Below are positions 1 through 11,040 of a stretch of DNA of 64,000 nt, one piece after another (positions within the stretch are counted from its first letter, which is position 1; each line of letters opens with the position of its first letter). The stretch covers positions 449,859-513,858 of the forward strand of contig SMSO01000006.1 of NCBI GenBank assembly GCA_004764695.1, written 5' to 3'. Source of the DNA: Schizochytrium sp. TIO01. Taxonomy: Eukaryota; Protista; Bigyra: Labyrinthulomycetes. The position numbers and the translations under genes were made by a program. The notes below the pieces were generated by a model. It was not told the origin of the DNA. It was given only the letters and a program-made list of their open reading frames with translations, and searched no databases.

Positions 1-148
1 ATCTTGGTGAAAATCCTCCGCTCTAAAGATAATTCAAACAACTAACAATAGAAAATTCTGTGTCGGGGTCATTTTCTGTGATCTCAATTCTTCTTGGAAA
101 TATGACTACTGTTGATGGATGGCCTTGTATGCATCTTCCGACATTTAG

Positions 149-1353
149 AACTGGATTCGATGCGCTTCTTGCAGCATTGCGTTTGCCCAGGCAGACTGAA
201 GTACTCATGAGCGCAGTGACAATTCCTGATATGGTCAAGATTGTACAATCCTATGGCCTTGTACCTATTCCGATTGATGTCGACTATGATACGCTAGCCC
301 CTCGCCAGGACCTCATGGCTAAGGCTCTTTCCACACAAACTCGCGTTCTTGTGGTCTCTCATATCTTTGGTAGCATTGCAGAGCTAGATGATATTATTAC
401 CTGGGCTCACAAACATGGAGTTTATGTGGTTGAGGACTGCGCTGAAGCGTATTGTGGACCAGATTTCCGAGGACACGAAAATGTAGACGCCAGCTTCTTT
501 AGTTTTGGGACCATAAAAACCGAAACCGCTCTTGGGGGAGCAATGATGCGGATTGCAGACTCAAACATCCGTGAGGACGTCCGCGCAATTCTTGCACACT
601 ACGCAGTCCAACCTCTGCACGTTTTTAGAAACCGTTTGATCAAATATAGTGCCTTCACAGCTATTTTGAACAATTCAGTTGCTTATGCAACTTTTGTGCG
701 CGGAGTCCATGCGCTTGGAAGTAAGTTCTTTCTTTAAAGCTTTAAGAGCTATCAACCTGAGAAATATCTAAGAACCATTGTTGTGAAACCTGTGGAACTA
801 ACCTTTACGAAATTTTCGGCAAAATGCAGAAGATCATTTGGATATCCTTTTGGCAAACAGTCGTGGTTTCGTTGGACAAGATCTTTTTCAGGCCATCCGT
901 CTCCGGCCCCCTGTTCCTCTATTGAAGTTATTACTGCACAGACTGCAGAACTTTGATGCATCTCGTCTTGAACAGAGACGTAAGATTTGCGCAAGAACTG
1001 CCCGCGATCTCGCAAATATCCCTGGCGTCCGTGTACCTGGTTTGCACGCGAAGCGGCACTACTTCTGGTTATTTCCAATCAATGTCGCAGACCCCACTAA
1101 AGCAGCTAAGGCTATGCTTTCCCGAGGTTTCGATGCTACCTCAGGTACTACAAGCCTCATGTGCATTGATGATGTTGTCTCAGAGCGACCCGCGAATTAC
1201 CGCGAGGTCTTTGATGCCACGACGTCTGTTGCTGCTCCTCTCATGCACAATGTCTTATATCTTCCCATTGATTCTGACACGTCCTCTTCGATCGCTTCTA
1301 ATATGGTCAGGGCGGTTAAATCATCTTGTTCTAGCGCAGAGGCCCGCCTGTAG
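149..1353 (+). CDS. DegT/DnrJ/EryC1/StrS-family PLP-dependent aminotransferase, 5'-partial; join(<149..720,830..1353)
   Basis: Fold-type-I PLP motifs: EVLMSAVTIPDM, LVPIPIDVD, VVSHIFG, VVEDCAEA (PLP Asp), FFSFGTIKTETALGGA (Schiff-base Lys) and C-terminal HYFWLFPI...VLYLP. ORFs 60..737 and 838..1353 join in frame across intron 721..829 (A|AA = Lys). The 5' boundary at the ACATTTAG acceptor (148) is inferred from where family similarity begins (R-TGFDALL); an alternative acceptor lies at 51. Confidence 0.85.
721..829 (+). other. Spliceosomal intron (109 nt) in the aminotransferase gene
   Basis: GTAAGT donor at 721, CTAAC branch point near 798-802 and ATGCAG acceptor ending at 829; removing it restores the frame. 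Confidence 0.9.
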
Positions 1354-2459
1354 GTAGAAAGTCTCTTGTCCCATGCCCATACTCCATACTTCATACTTTC
1401 TGATAACTAATCAATTGAATTTATTGTATTTTTACTATTGTCCATGTGAGCCTCTCACACATGGTCACCCTCTCTTTTTGTCAGGAGTATAGCAACCGAG
1501 TTTTAAAAGCGACTGTGGCAAAGGTGCTACCCTCCCGAATACTGTGAAACGCAACAGTGAAGGGAATTTCTTAACCCCAAATCCCATTTGCGAATGATCA
1601 ACTACTACGTTCGATTGCTGGGTCAGCAGCCAACATAACAAAATCAATTCTACATAAACCTGTTCAATACCTATATTTCAAAAAAAATAAAAAATCTGAC
1701 ATTTGTACTTGACAAAGTCAGAGGATTTGCGTTGTATAGCTATTATTTTCACAAACATTTTTGCTTGATGACAGAAACAAAAAGAAGAAGGTGTTTGGTG
1801 CATGATTCTAAAGCTAGGTATGCTTAGGCCACACTAAAGTTGTTTTCCTATGCTAATAGCCACTAACTTTCTCCTCATGAAAGCTTTGGTATTATAATAT
1901 CATAGGACTTTATGAACCTAAGATATTTTTCTTTGTCGACCTTCTCATAATAACAGGACTAACTTCATGTCCCATTAATTGTTTCAAAGAGCATGGAAAT
2001 TGACGCATCAAACAAAATGTTAAGGATAAGCATTCATAGAAGACTAAGTTGAGTTGATCGATAGATACCAAGATTAGTATGCAAAAGCGTCCATACGCAC
2101 GCGTCAGAAGGACAACGTAGCGAACAAACCTATAAGCGGTCTAGCTGGGAATGAGGAAAGCGTTTGCGTTGTCAACCTAACAGAACCAGGGGACCATCAA
2201 GTATTGAGGTCAATCAATACTTAAAGGATTTTGTGAAAGCACTGCAGCGAGGGTTCTTATAACCGTCGATAAGAACCAAGAATACAAGAGCGCGCTTAAG
2301 AGATTATCTATGCTTTCTCACTGATGGTTATAAAGTGTCTCTCGAATACTGGCAGAAAGGTTAGAAAAAATGAAGCAAGCCAAAACAACAAGAACTTATA
2401 GCTGGGTCTCGGTGTGATAATCCATCCTCTTGGTATATATATATATATATGTATTGAAT

Positions 2460-4250
2460 TATTATACAGCTTGGTGTCTAACCTCACCTCACCTAACATA
2501 ACTCTTCTATCCGATAATCTTTCGTGCGACATGACGCATTCATCTTACCTGTATCCAGAACAGGAACCTCAATAACCTAAATACTATCCTATTCTTTTTC
2601 ACCATGAGTTCGCCATCCGTGTTGCCTCTGCACGCTACGCTACACCAGCCAATCTGCAAAGGGTTAACGTGTAAGTTCTTCATATTTCGGAGCACACTTC
2701 CCTCTAAGGATTTATATCCTAGCTTAACAGCTCTATGAGTCATGGAAAGCTGCCTTTTTGCTTTCTGAGAATCTTGCACGACTATTTTAGGCTCTTCTCT
2801 TCATCTGTAGTAGTCAGCATCACACTTGACTCATCCCAGTTCTAAGAATAGCTCAGGACGCGTCAACAACTGTATTTGTAGGTTTGCAGGTACATCCTGG
2901 AAGATTTTAAATAGCCTTGAACAACATCAGTTTTGTCACACATTGGTAATGTTGCCATATCATACATACCCTCAACTTAATTACTATAGACTTGTCAGAG
3001 GAAGCAAACCAGAAGCCATTGGACTTCGTTTCATGATAAGGGCAGAGACGAAACAAAACGTGCTCTTAAGCGCATCATTCCCTCGTAGATAACTTGGCTC
3101 ATTTCCTCTGGCTCCTCTATGAAGACCCAGAGATTCAAAGTTCACAAAGCAATTGGTTAGTCAGATTGGTGGAGTCAAAGTCCTTCGGAAGAAAAGCTAA
3201 ATCTTGTAGGAGTCAAGTCTAGATGCTGATGAGTTAATAAATTTCTGAATCTCGAGAATATTGACAAGAGTTAAGATATAATCCCTGATCAACTAGTGGT
3301 TCACGAAGGCAAGATGCACCGGAAATTAATAATATCATCTGGGAGTTCAACCAATAAAGATGTAGAGGACGGGTACTCAATAAGTGATAGTTGAAGGTTA
3401 AGGAGTTTTGACGTATAAATGAGCGATCTGCTGGTCATGATAAAGTATTCTAAATTTCCTAACCACTACAATTTTGATATATTCAAATACGATGCATCCT
3501 GGGGTTTACTGATGTCTCACGAACATTATTGGAAAGTGGGTTCCTTGGCATGACTAATAATCAGATTAGTTTTACTTCTCTGCAATCTAGGGACCTCTTA
3601 AGGACTGATGCACGCATCTGACTTGAAGGTTTGTAAACTCTTCAACCTATTACCTAGTGCATCACGTAAGTTGAGAGTCATATAGTGAATCTCCGAGAAC
3701 GCTAGTAGGATTAATTCAACTGACCCTTCCAATTGCGATCCCAGCAAGATGATTGAGAAGTTTGTTGACGACTAAAGAAGGCATAGTATAGTCAGGCTCC
3801 TATAGTAAGTAGTTTGCTTACCTTTATCATGGACACCTAGGTCGACTGGTTGGTCTTTTAATTTAATGTAGACTTCGTCTATACTATGTAAGAATCGGTG
3901 AGCTTAGGTTAGCTCGTCCATTCCGCCACCAATTCGAAGTTTATCCTTATGCATACCCTGAATATATAGTGCATGCTCAACATCAACTTCAAGCCTTACT
4001 AAAGGATTGTTAAGAAGAAATTTGACAAGAGGAGACGAGACTGAGCGCCTTGAGCATCTTGAGTGTCAGATATAGGTTCAAGCAGCTCAAGAGCTAGTGT
4101 TTGTGAGTTGTCATATTGATAACTTTGAAAGAGTACTCTAAAAGAGCCGAAGCTTGACTTTCAGTATCTATGAGATATCCGGAACTTCAGTATATCTAGG
4201 TTCATATTGACAAGGCGTCGCTGGAGCTTCAATACATTTCTTTATCATAC
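2460..4250 (-). pseudogene. Decayed coding-like relic of unidentified family (possible endogenous viral or mobile-element fragment); boundaries approximate
   Basis: Manual minus-strand translation of ~4035 to 3800 gives SPLVKFLLNNPLVRLEVDVEHALYIQGMHKDKLRIGGGMDELT*AHRFLHSIDEVYIKLKDQPVDLGVHDKGKQTTYY (one stop in ~80 codons). Other protein-like stretches (LWVFIEEPEEMSQVIYEG near 3130; ORF 2540..2779) are separated by stops and frameshifts. The sequence is high-complexity and almost free of microsatellites. Confidence 0.4.
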
Positions 4251-4776
4251 GCGCTACAGATTATGTAAGCGTATACGTACTTTATGATTTATTCCTCCTT
4301 AGAGTTTGTTTGCCTCTTTCTCAAAATACCTTCGTTTTGCTAGTCACACCAGCCTGTACCCGATCAGACTTGTCATCGCTCTCAACTAATCCCTTTGGGT
4401 GTCGTCCGGCTGCATTCTTTCGCGTGTGAATATACATAGATTGACGAAACGTTTCCATCCCTAAAAGTTATCAAGCACCACAAGTACCTAATGGTCAAAA
4501 GCGTGTCGATGCGTCTCTGGGCTTATTGAGGGCTGCTGAAAGAATTTTGCTGTTTTGAATAAAGCATTTCTTCAGATTTTGATCTTGGTAACAGCAGAGT
4601 AATTGTTAATTCTTGATGATTCACTCTTTATAGTGTTTCGGGTTCATAATTAAGCCTTCTGAAAGACAATAGTCTAAAATAAACCTTTACCTAATCTCTC
4701 AATTATACATGAGTAAGTTCTCTACTTTTAATATATCACAAATGAAAATTTTAGAAGGTTCCGACGTTACCATGTA

Positions 4777-5191
4777 CTGAGATCTCCAATCGAAGGAACT
4801 AATGGACAAGACATTGCTACAGTTCTTGGTGTCCCTTTGTAAAACCCATTAGAAATAAGGTTTACATTAGAACAAGAATAGGCAGCCAGACTTATGTGGC
4901 TGCTGAAGCCAAGAACTAGAAGTGTGAATACACATCACCGGCACCCAAGCTTGGTTTAACTTGGATCGATGGTTGGAGAAGGTTGGATAACCTAACCCCA
5001 TCGATTATCTCTAACCACATTCAAGAATGTCTTAATCTCCCTAATTACTACATGAATCCATCTGTCCTGGAATTCATTCCTCAGGACAGCAGTTCGCTAA
5101 CACCAAAATCAACCTTCTTATAACCTTCATCAAGCTTCTTGCCTTCATCTTTACAGTCAACCTCACGCTAATCATTATCACCTTTCAGCAC
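4777..5191 (+). repeat. Diverged dispersed repeat, copy 1 (decayed coding relic)
   Basis: Aligns by eye to the reverse complement of 10451..10861. The first 64 nt have 6 mismatches; overall identity is roughly 75-80% by eye. Confidence 0.9.
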
Positions 5192-6766
5192 CATGTATTG
5201 TAATATTCAATATATTCAACTATCGATCTTGTTCATCCTCGCGCTGCACTCATTGAAGAACAAAACTAAGTTGTAGAAATAGATGTAGTATGGGAAGTTA
5301 GTAGTCTGGTCTTATCTATGAATTTGCGATCAATAGAGGGACTATAATTCTTAGGTCCCAGTACAAAAAGGTTTTCAAGCTCATACTCCATATTACAATT
5401 TGTGAAAGATAATATGACGATCTTGGGACTGAGAGTTTCTCAATCAGGTACTGCTATGGAATGTTTGACTGCTTTTAGCGCTGGAACATCTTTAATGCCA
5501 ATCATGTAGTAAATTAGCAACTCTTGCTTTGTTGAGATCTCAGTGAGTCCAATATTGATTTGGAAAACGTACAAGTTGTTGTCAATGCAATTTCAAATTT
5601 GCGACCTCAGGAGATTTTAAGTCCAGATATATTGAGAGCGTTAAGGACTGGCGAATATGCAAAATAAAAATTTTCAGGTCAACCTGAAACCCAGAACTTT
5701 ATGTTGCTCAAAAAGGAAAGCACCAATTTGTCAAAACTACCATTCTTTAACATTGAAAAAAAAAAAATGCAATAGAAGAAGAGAGCTCAATTGCATCAGC
5801 CTATTCTGGCCTAAATAATAGATTTCCAAAGCAAAATCGCCGCATGTGCGGAGCAAGACATCCTGAGTACAAAATATATTCTGCTGCACATGCTAGGGAC
5901 ACAATTCACGTGCGTTGTATACAATAGAAGATCAAAACTAATGAAGGCGCATGCAAATTTTAGACAGTGAGAACACTTTCTTTTTAGAATCCAAGAACAC
6001 CAAGGCGCGCTTTAGAATATGTGTTGGTACATTGACTATCATTTCTAGAGTTAATTTGACGCACGTTGATGGTATATAGGTTGAAACCAGATCTGGGGTT
6101 TGAGCATTTAAACAAACCTCGATTCCAAGTGATCTTGGTGAGACATTTGCAGAGCGTACATAACTGGGTTTCAAATGAACTCTGAAATTGAGCCCTGAAG
6201 TCAGCAATTCGCTAACTCACAAGTATTAACCTTTTTCTTTTCTCAAGGCTTTTGCACTGATTTTCATCATCTTTGTCAACCAACCTTGATTCTACCAACC
6301 CACAGCTCATAGAGTAATTGATGAAAGAGACTATCTGCTTTCGCAAAAGGTTGTGGTAAGCAAGGTTCCGGATGGTAGAAATTCTACAAGAAATACAATA
6401 TTCAAGGATATGATATTATTATATGGATTGAAACCCTTCTCTCATGATCCATGGCCACCCTTGGAAGAAACGAATTGTACTTCGTAAGAATGATAACACT
6501 GTGCCAACCCGCCAGTTTGGGTCCATTAATTTTCTTGTCGCGCCGTAAATAGTCTCCAATAAAAGTTCAGTAAATGGAGCGAATGTTTGACACGACTGAA
6601 TGTGAGGCTCCATAATTCGGCTTGGCGACTTGCGCCCTACAACACGAATAGAAGTAAAGAATACATAAGGGCTGCGAGGACAGCCATAGCTGGATTAAAC
6701 TAACACAGTATGAGCACGACTGTGTAGACTTATACATACGAAACAAAGACACTGATAGGGAGCCTG

Positions 6767-7666
6767 TTACGCACCTAAAAGACCAGCAAGAATGAGTTCG
6801 TGCGTGCGCTTATTGATAGCATTGCGGTCAAGGCCACCGGCTTCTTGTCTTAATTTACGCAGCTCGTCCTGGCTAACGTCTTCAAATGCCCTGACAGTAA
6901 CATTCTCCTTTCGTGGCTGGGTCTCCTGCTGATGCATAGTCCAGAGCTGTGCACCCTGGTTGAATTGAAGAACTTGTGGACCATAGCCTTGCTGTATGGC
7001 TGCTCGTTCGCGAGCCTCTTCCTGTTCCTTCTTTTTACGAGCACGAATTTCAGCAACCTTTGACCTCCTGCGCTCGCCAAGCTCCACTTGAACACCTTCT
7101 TCACGCTCTAACAATCTCAGTGCCCGCTCCTCTTCTTCAGCTTCAATAAGTTCAAGGAGCTCCTCGCGCTTGCGCTCAGTCTCCTCCACTTGGTTTTCCA
7201 CAAACCGGCGCCGCTCATCAAGCAGGATGGCGCGCCGTCGCTGGATTTTTGCCCTGTACTTGTTTTCAGTTTGTTCAAGGGTCTGATCAACCCATTCTGT
7301 GCGCAAGCCATTCATTCGATGCCACACGAGGCTCTCCGCGAGCTCTCTAAAGTCATTGTATTCCTTTGAAGTCTCGAAGTCATCCTCAGCAAGGTTGAAT
7401 ACGCGCATAATCTCACGCCGAATCTTGACTTCCTTTTCGTATTGCAGCTGTTCCCAGGACTTGTCCTTCAGCTGTGCCTTTTTCATGGGCTTGCCACACG
7501 TCGGGCATGGTACAACTTTCTTGCTCTGGAACACAGGGCCATGGTAACAGTTCGAACATACTTGATGCCCGCATTCTGCCGAGGTCTTGAACCTGAATGA
7601 CTTCTCCAGGAAGTTCAGGTTCTTGTTCTGGCAAAACGCGCACAAATTCGTCAAGAGCTCTAGCAT
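6767..7666 (-). CDS. MNAT1: CDK-activating kinase assembly factor MAT1 (RING finger; TFIIH/CAK subunit), ~299 aa, single coding exon
   Basis: N-terminal C3HC4 RING (CAFC...CGHQVCSNC...CPTC) followed by the MAT1 signature EKEVKIRREIMRVFNLAEDDFETSKEYNDF, a coiled coil and a C-terminal AGG motif. The first ATG is at 7666; the ORF track start at 7714 is TTG. Confidence 0.93.
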   Translation of the reverse strand: MLELLTNLCAFCQNKNLNFLEKSFRFKTSAECGHQVCSNCYHGPVFQSKKVVPCPTCGKPMKKAQLKDKSWEQLQYEKEVKIRREIMRVFNLAEDDFETSKEYNDFRELAESLVWHRMNGLRTEWVDQTLEQTENKYRAKIQRRRAILLDERRRFVENQVEETERKREELLELIEAEEEERALRLLEREEGVQVELGERRRSKVAEIRARKKKEQEEARERAAIQQGYGPQVLQFNQGAQLWTMHQQETQPRKENVTVRAFEDVSQDELRKLRQEAGGLDRNAINKRTHELILAGLLGA

Positions 7667-8344
7667 CTTGCTTCGTTCAAGCCGTTGCAGATTTCTAGAT
7701 CTAGACCAGCTCAAGAAACAGAGAGATTAAGTCTCTGTCGCCACGCCTTAATAGAAGAGATCCAACCTCGACTATCCAAAAAAAGTATGCTCAGCTATTC
7801 TATCGTCTTCGCAGCCGTCGCCGCTACAATGCAGTGAGTGGCAGACGAGTTTCACAGGCAGGCAGCAACACAGCCCAAGAAATCACCAGCAAGCGTTCTG
7901 AGCCCGTAGTAAGCCCCGTCAGCGCACCTGCGAGCTATCCGCCGTCTGTTTATCTATCTATCAATCGATCGATAGATCGATCGGAGTTTGCGCCCTCTTC
8001 GCTGCTCTTTCGCTCTTGATTGATAAGGAATGAACTACGTATAACAAAAGAAGAGTGCTATTGTACAGCACAGCATGTTTATCTCATTGTATGTAAGTAG
8101 GTTATAGCCCGTCCTGCAAATAGGGAGTGGGGGAGTGCTATAGAGTTTTTTTGTTATAAACCATAGTAGGGTTTGAGGATAAGCATAGCTTTCCTGAATA
8201 GATCTTTTACCTTATTCGGCAATACTGCCTATAGCTATCTATTGCTGTCTGTGGATTAATTTCCTTTGATTGTCCAAATCGTGAAAATCGGTCTCTGCTC
8301 GAGCGATTCCATCTAATTAGGTTCCGGAGGTGTATCCTGCAGCC
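7667..8344. promoter_or_regulatory. Putative bidirectional promoter and 5'UTRs between MAT1 and CSN6
   Basis: The two start codons are head-to-head and 678 bp apart; the interval contains a TATC/GATC tetramer tract near 7951-7983. Confidence 0.6.
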
Positions 8345-9791
8345 ATGACGGAGGCTTCGAGAAAGGCTGCACACAGCCTGCACCCGGTACGTTTAAGTCT
8401 CTGTGAAGAAGTCCTCGTTTGCCCTCGCGCAATCGTTCGTTTTTCGCTCCTTCGTTCGTTCACTTCGCTAGATCGTCGTGTGCGGTATGATACTTAAGCG
8501 AGGATTCTGTATCTCGCGAAGAAGGGCAAAGGCGCCTGCTGAAGAGAGCATGAAGTTCAGGATATTGGTTGGGCTCTTACTGGCTTGGGCATCTTCGTTT
8601 CGCCCCAATCTTTGGAGGAAATGTTATATATACCGAAGATGCTAGCGAAAAAGATTTTCTGCGTTTTCTTCTGGTAATCAGAATGTTAGCTTAGAGTTCG
8701 CCAGACTCGGGGCAGACTCGGGCTAGACTTGGGCAAACTTGATCAAGATAGGGTTTACCCTAGGTACGAACATCATTTACTAACAACTCCACGAGATTCA
8801 ATGCTCAACTGTGAGGTATTTGTCTTGCGTTTCTGGTGAATGCTGTATCCCGGCGATTATGGTTGATATGCTCATATATGAGCGGGTCTTGCATAATCCA
8901 TGATTTTTCCTTTCGCAGCTGGTGCTAGTCAATATATCAGATCACTATACACGGCAGCAGCTTGGCAGCCAGGTTGGCGGTCGAGCTTTAGGGCTACTAT
9001 TCGGTTGTCAGTCAGGTGCTTCGATTCATGTGTACGAATCTTTCGAGATGCCCCTTCTTAGGGACGAAAGTGGTGCAGTGCGGTTAGATGAGGAATTTAT
9101 TCTGGAAAAGAAGGGCCACTTTGAGGCTGTCTTTCCTCAATATGAAATTCTGGGCTGGTATACAGTCGGCAGCGATGTGGGTGAAGAAGATATGGCCATT
9201 CACCGTGCGATGTCCACATTCAATGAAAGTCCATTGCTTGTTATTGTAGACCCAAATATCACCGCTGACAGTAAGGAGCTTCCGATCAAGATGTTAGAAG
9301 CTGTTATGCAGGTCATTGGTGAAACGCCTACTATGATCTTTGTAGATGTGGACTTTCAAATTGATACTGTTGAACCTGAGCGTATTACTATTGATCATAT
9401 TGTGAAGGGTGGCGGAGCACGTAGTGTGCGTGAATCTTCGCTCGTACCAAGCCTTGAGGATCTTGTTAACGCTGTAGAGATGCTTACAAAACGTATGCGC
9501 GTTCTTGAAAAATATGTTACAATGTCCCGAGAAGGCAAAGTACCAAAAAACCATGCCATTTTACGAGAGATTGCTGCCGTATCTCAGAGACTTCCTGTAA
9601 TACAGCTGGACGCATTCGACAATGGCTTTCGTTCTGAGTTCAACGATGCGCAGCTTGTCACTTATTTGGCCATGCTCACCAAGGCCACTGCTGCTGCTAG
9701 CGATGTACACTCCAAGGTAGTCACTTTTCTTGATGGGGCGAAGGTGTCTGGATCTTCTTTGCGACGAAAGGGGCTTCCATTTATGAGGTGA
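8345..9791 (+). CDS. COPS6: COP9 signalosome subunit 6 (MPN- domain), ~304 aa; join(8345..8386,8919..9791)
   Basis: The spliced N-terminus MTEASRKAAHSLHP|LVLVNISDHYTR restores the CSN6 signature. Also present: GLLFG, ESFE, VFPQYEILGWY, FNESPL, EPERITIDH, HAILREI...RLP, EFNDAQLVTYLAMLTK. There is no JAMM metal motif. Confidence 0.95.
8387..8918 (+). other. Spliceosomal intron (532 nt, phase 0) in CSN6
   Basis: GTACGT donor at 8387 and TTTTTCCTTTCGCAG acceptor ending at 8918; it joins HP to LVLVN in frame. Confidence 0.9.
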
Positions 9792-9955
9792 ATGCCGCCT
9801 TGACATTATTGAAATAAAGGTACAATTTTAAATATGCTCATCTGTTGCATTAGTAAAATATTACCGCATCTCTTCTATTTCTTTTTCTTAAAAAGTAATC
9901 TCAATTCAGAGCTTTGCTCTGAATCCACTTTATTCCGCAAGGCGCTTCAGCTTCG

Positions 9956-11040
9956 TCACAGAAGGATATGTCTGTGGTCAAAGTAAAATTTAGAATTATG
10001 AGATGGGTTTCCGCTTTGTATGGTGATGTCGTCTCGTATTGATGTCTTTCTGAGCATTTCTAGAAGCTTGCAGTAGAAATGGCGCAACATGTAGATCTCA
10101 AACTTGTCCAGTGCTGCTATTATTGCAGATTTGCTGAAAGGAAACTCTCCTAACAAGAGAGAGTTCGACTGAGAGGACGCTCGGAATGTATGAAGACTTA
10201 AACATGGCATTGTATGGTTAGGCCTATCAAGTTGCGATCTCCTGAGCTTGGCGATAGACACAGAGGTGGACTGATTCGATTCATCTTGCAAATGAGCGAC
10301 TAACGCAGATTTTGTTTGTATTATACCCTTTCCAAAGGGTCAAAAACTTCGTTCCCTCAACCACCAATTCAATTCAGGTTTCACATTACACATCTGTTCA
10401 ATCATATGCAGTCAAACGTTACCTCTCAAGTGCTCTTGGCTTTTGTATCTGTGCTGAAAGATGATTCTGGTCAGCTTGAATTTGACTGTAAAAATGAAGT
10501 CAAAGATCTTAATGAGGGCTTTAAGAGGATCGATTTAAGAGGTAGCGAACTGGTGTCCTAGAAAATAAATTCCAGGGCAGATGGATTCATGTAGTAATTA
10601 AGGAGACCAAGACATTCTTGAACAGTGTTAGAAATAATTGATGGAGTTAAGTTAATTCAACCCCTTCAGCCATCGATTCAAGTTATACCATACTTGGATG
10701 TAAATAATGTGTAGTCACACTTTTGGTTCTTGGCAGCCACATGAATCTGGCTGGCTGCTCTTGCTCTATTGTAAGCCCTATGTCTACGAGGGGCTTCACA
10801 AAGAGACACCAAGAACTCTAGCAATGCCTTGCCCGTTAGTTCCTTCGATTAGAGATCTCAGCAATCTGATAGACTAGTTCATATCATATACATTGGATTC
10901 CTAGCAGTTTAGGCTCATAACAGTGTGCCAAGAGGCTGCAGCAGTATCTCGCTCATATAGCCCTTCGAGCTGCGGCATATTGCTAGCCCGGATATTGTGT
11001 CGCATGAGGCGATTGCGTATCTGGATACTCAATACTTCTA
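9956..11040 (-). pseudogene. Decayed coding-like relic containing repeat copy 2
   Basis: The minus strand from 11038 reads EVLSIQIRNRLMRHNIRASNMPQLEGLYERDTAAASWHTVMSLNC*ESNVYDMN*SIRLLRSLIEGTNGQGIARVLGVS and runs in frame into the repeat. ORF 9956..10291 lies downstream on the same strand. Confidence 0.45.
10451..10861 (-). repeat. Diverged dispersed repeat, copy 2 (inverted relative to 4777..5191)
   Basis: Its reverse complement shares long blocks with copy 1, e.g. AATCGAAGGAACTAA, GTTCTTGGTGTC, TTCAAGAATGTCTT and TAATTACTACATGAATCCATCTG. Confidence 0.9.

Noticed and set aside
60-148. N-terminal part of ORF 60..737 (MSGSFSVIS...)
   Set aside because: GTG start and no family similarity before RTGFD; it is more likely intron sequence ending at the AG at 148.
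4800-4845. VLGVP as the YLG-like motif of a non-LTR reverse transcriptase
   Set aside because: No YADD/FADD or other RT motifs upstream in either copy, so there is too little to call a LINE.
8505-8545. Possible intronic C/D snoRNA in CSN6 (CTGA near 8538)
   Set aside because: No canonical RTGATGA box C at a suitable distance and no terminal stem.
8749-8764. TAGGGTTTACCCTAGG as a telomere-like sequence
   Set aside because: Single short occurrence, not a tandem array.
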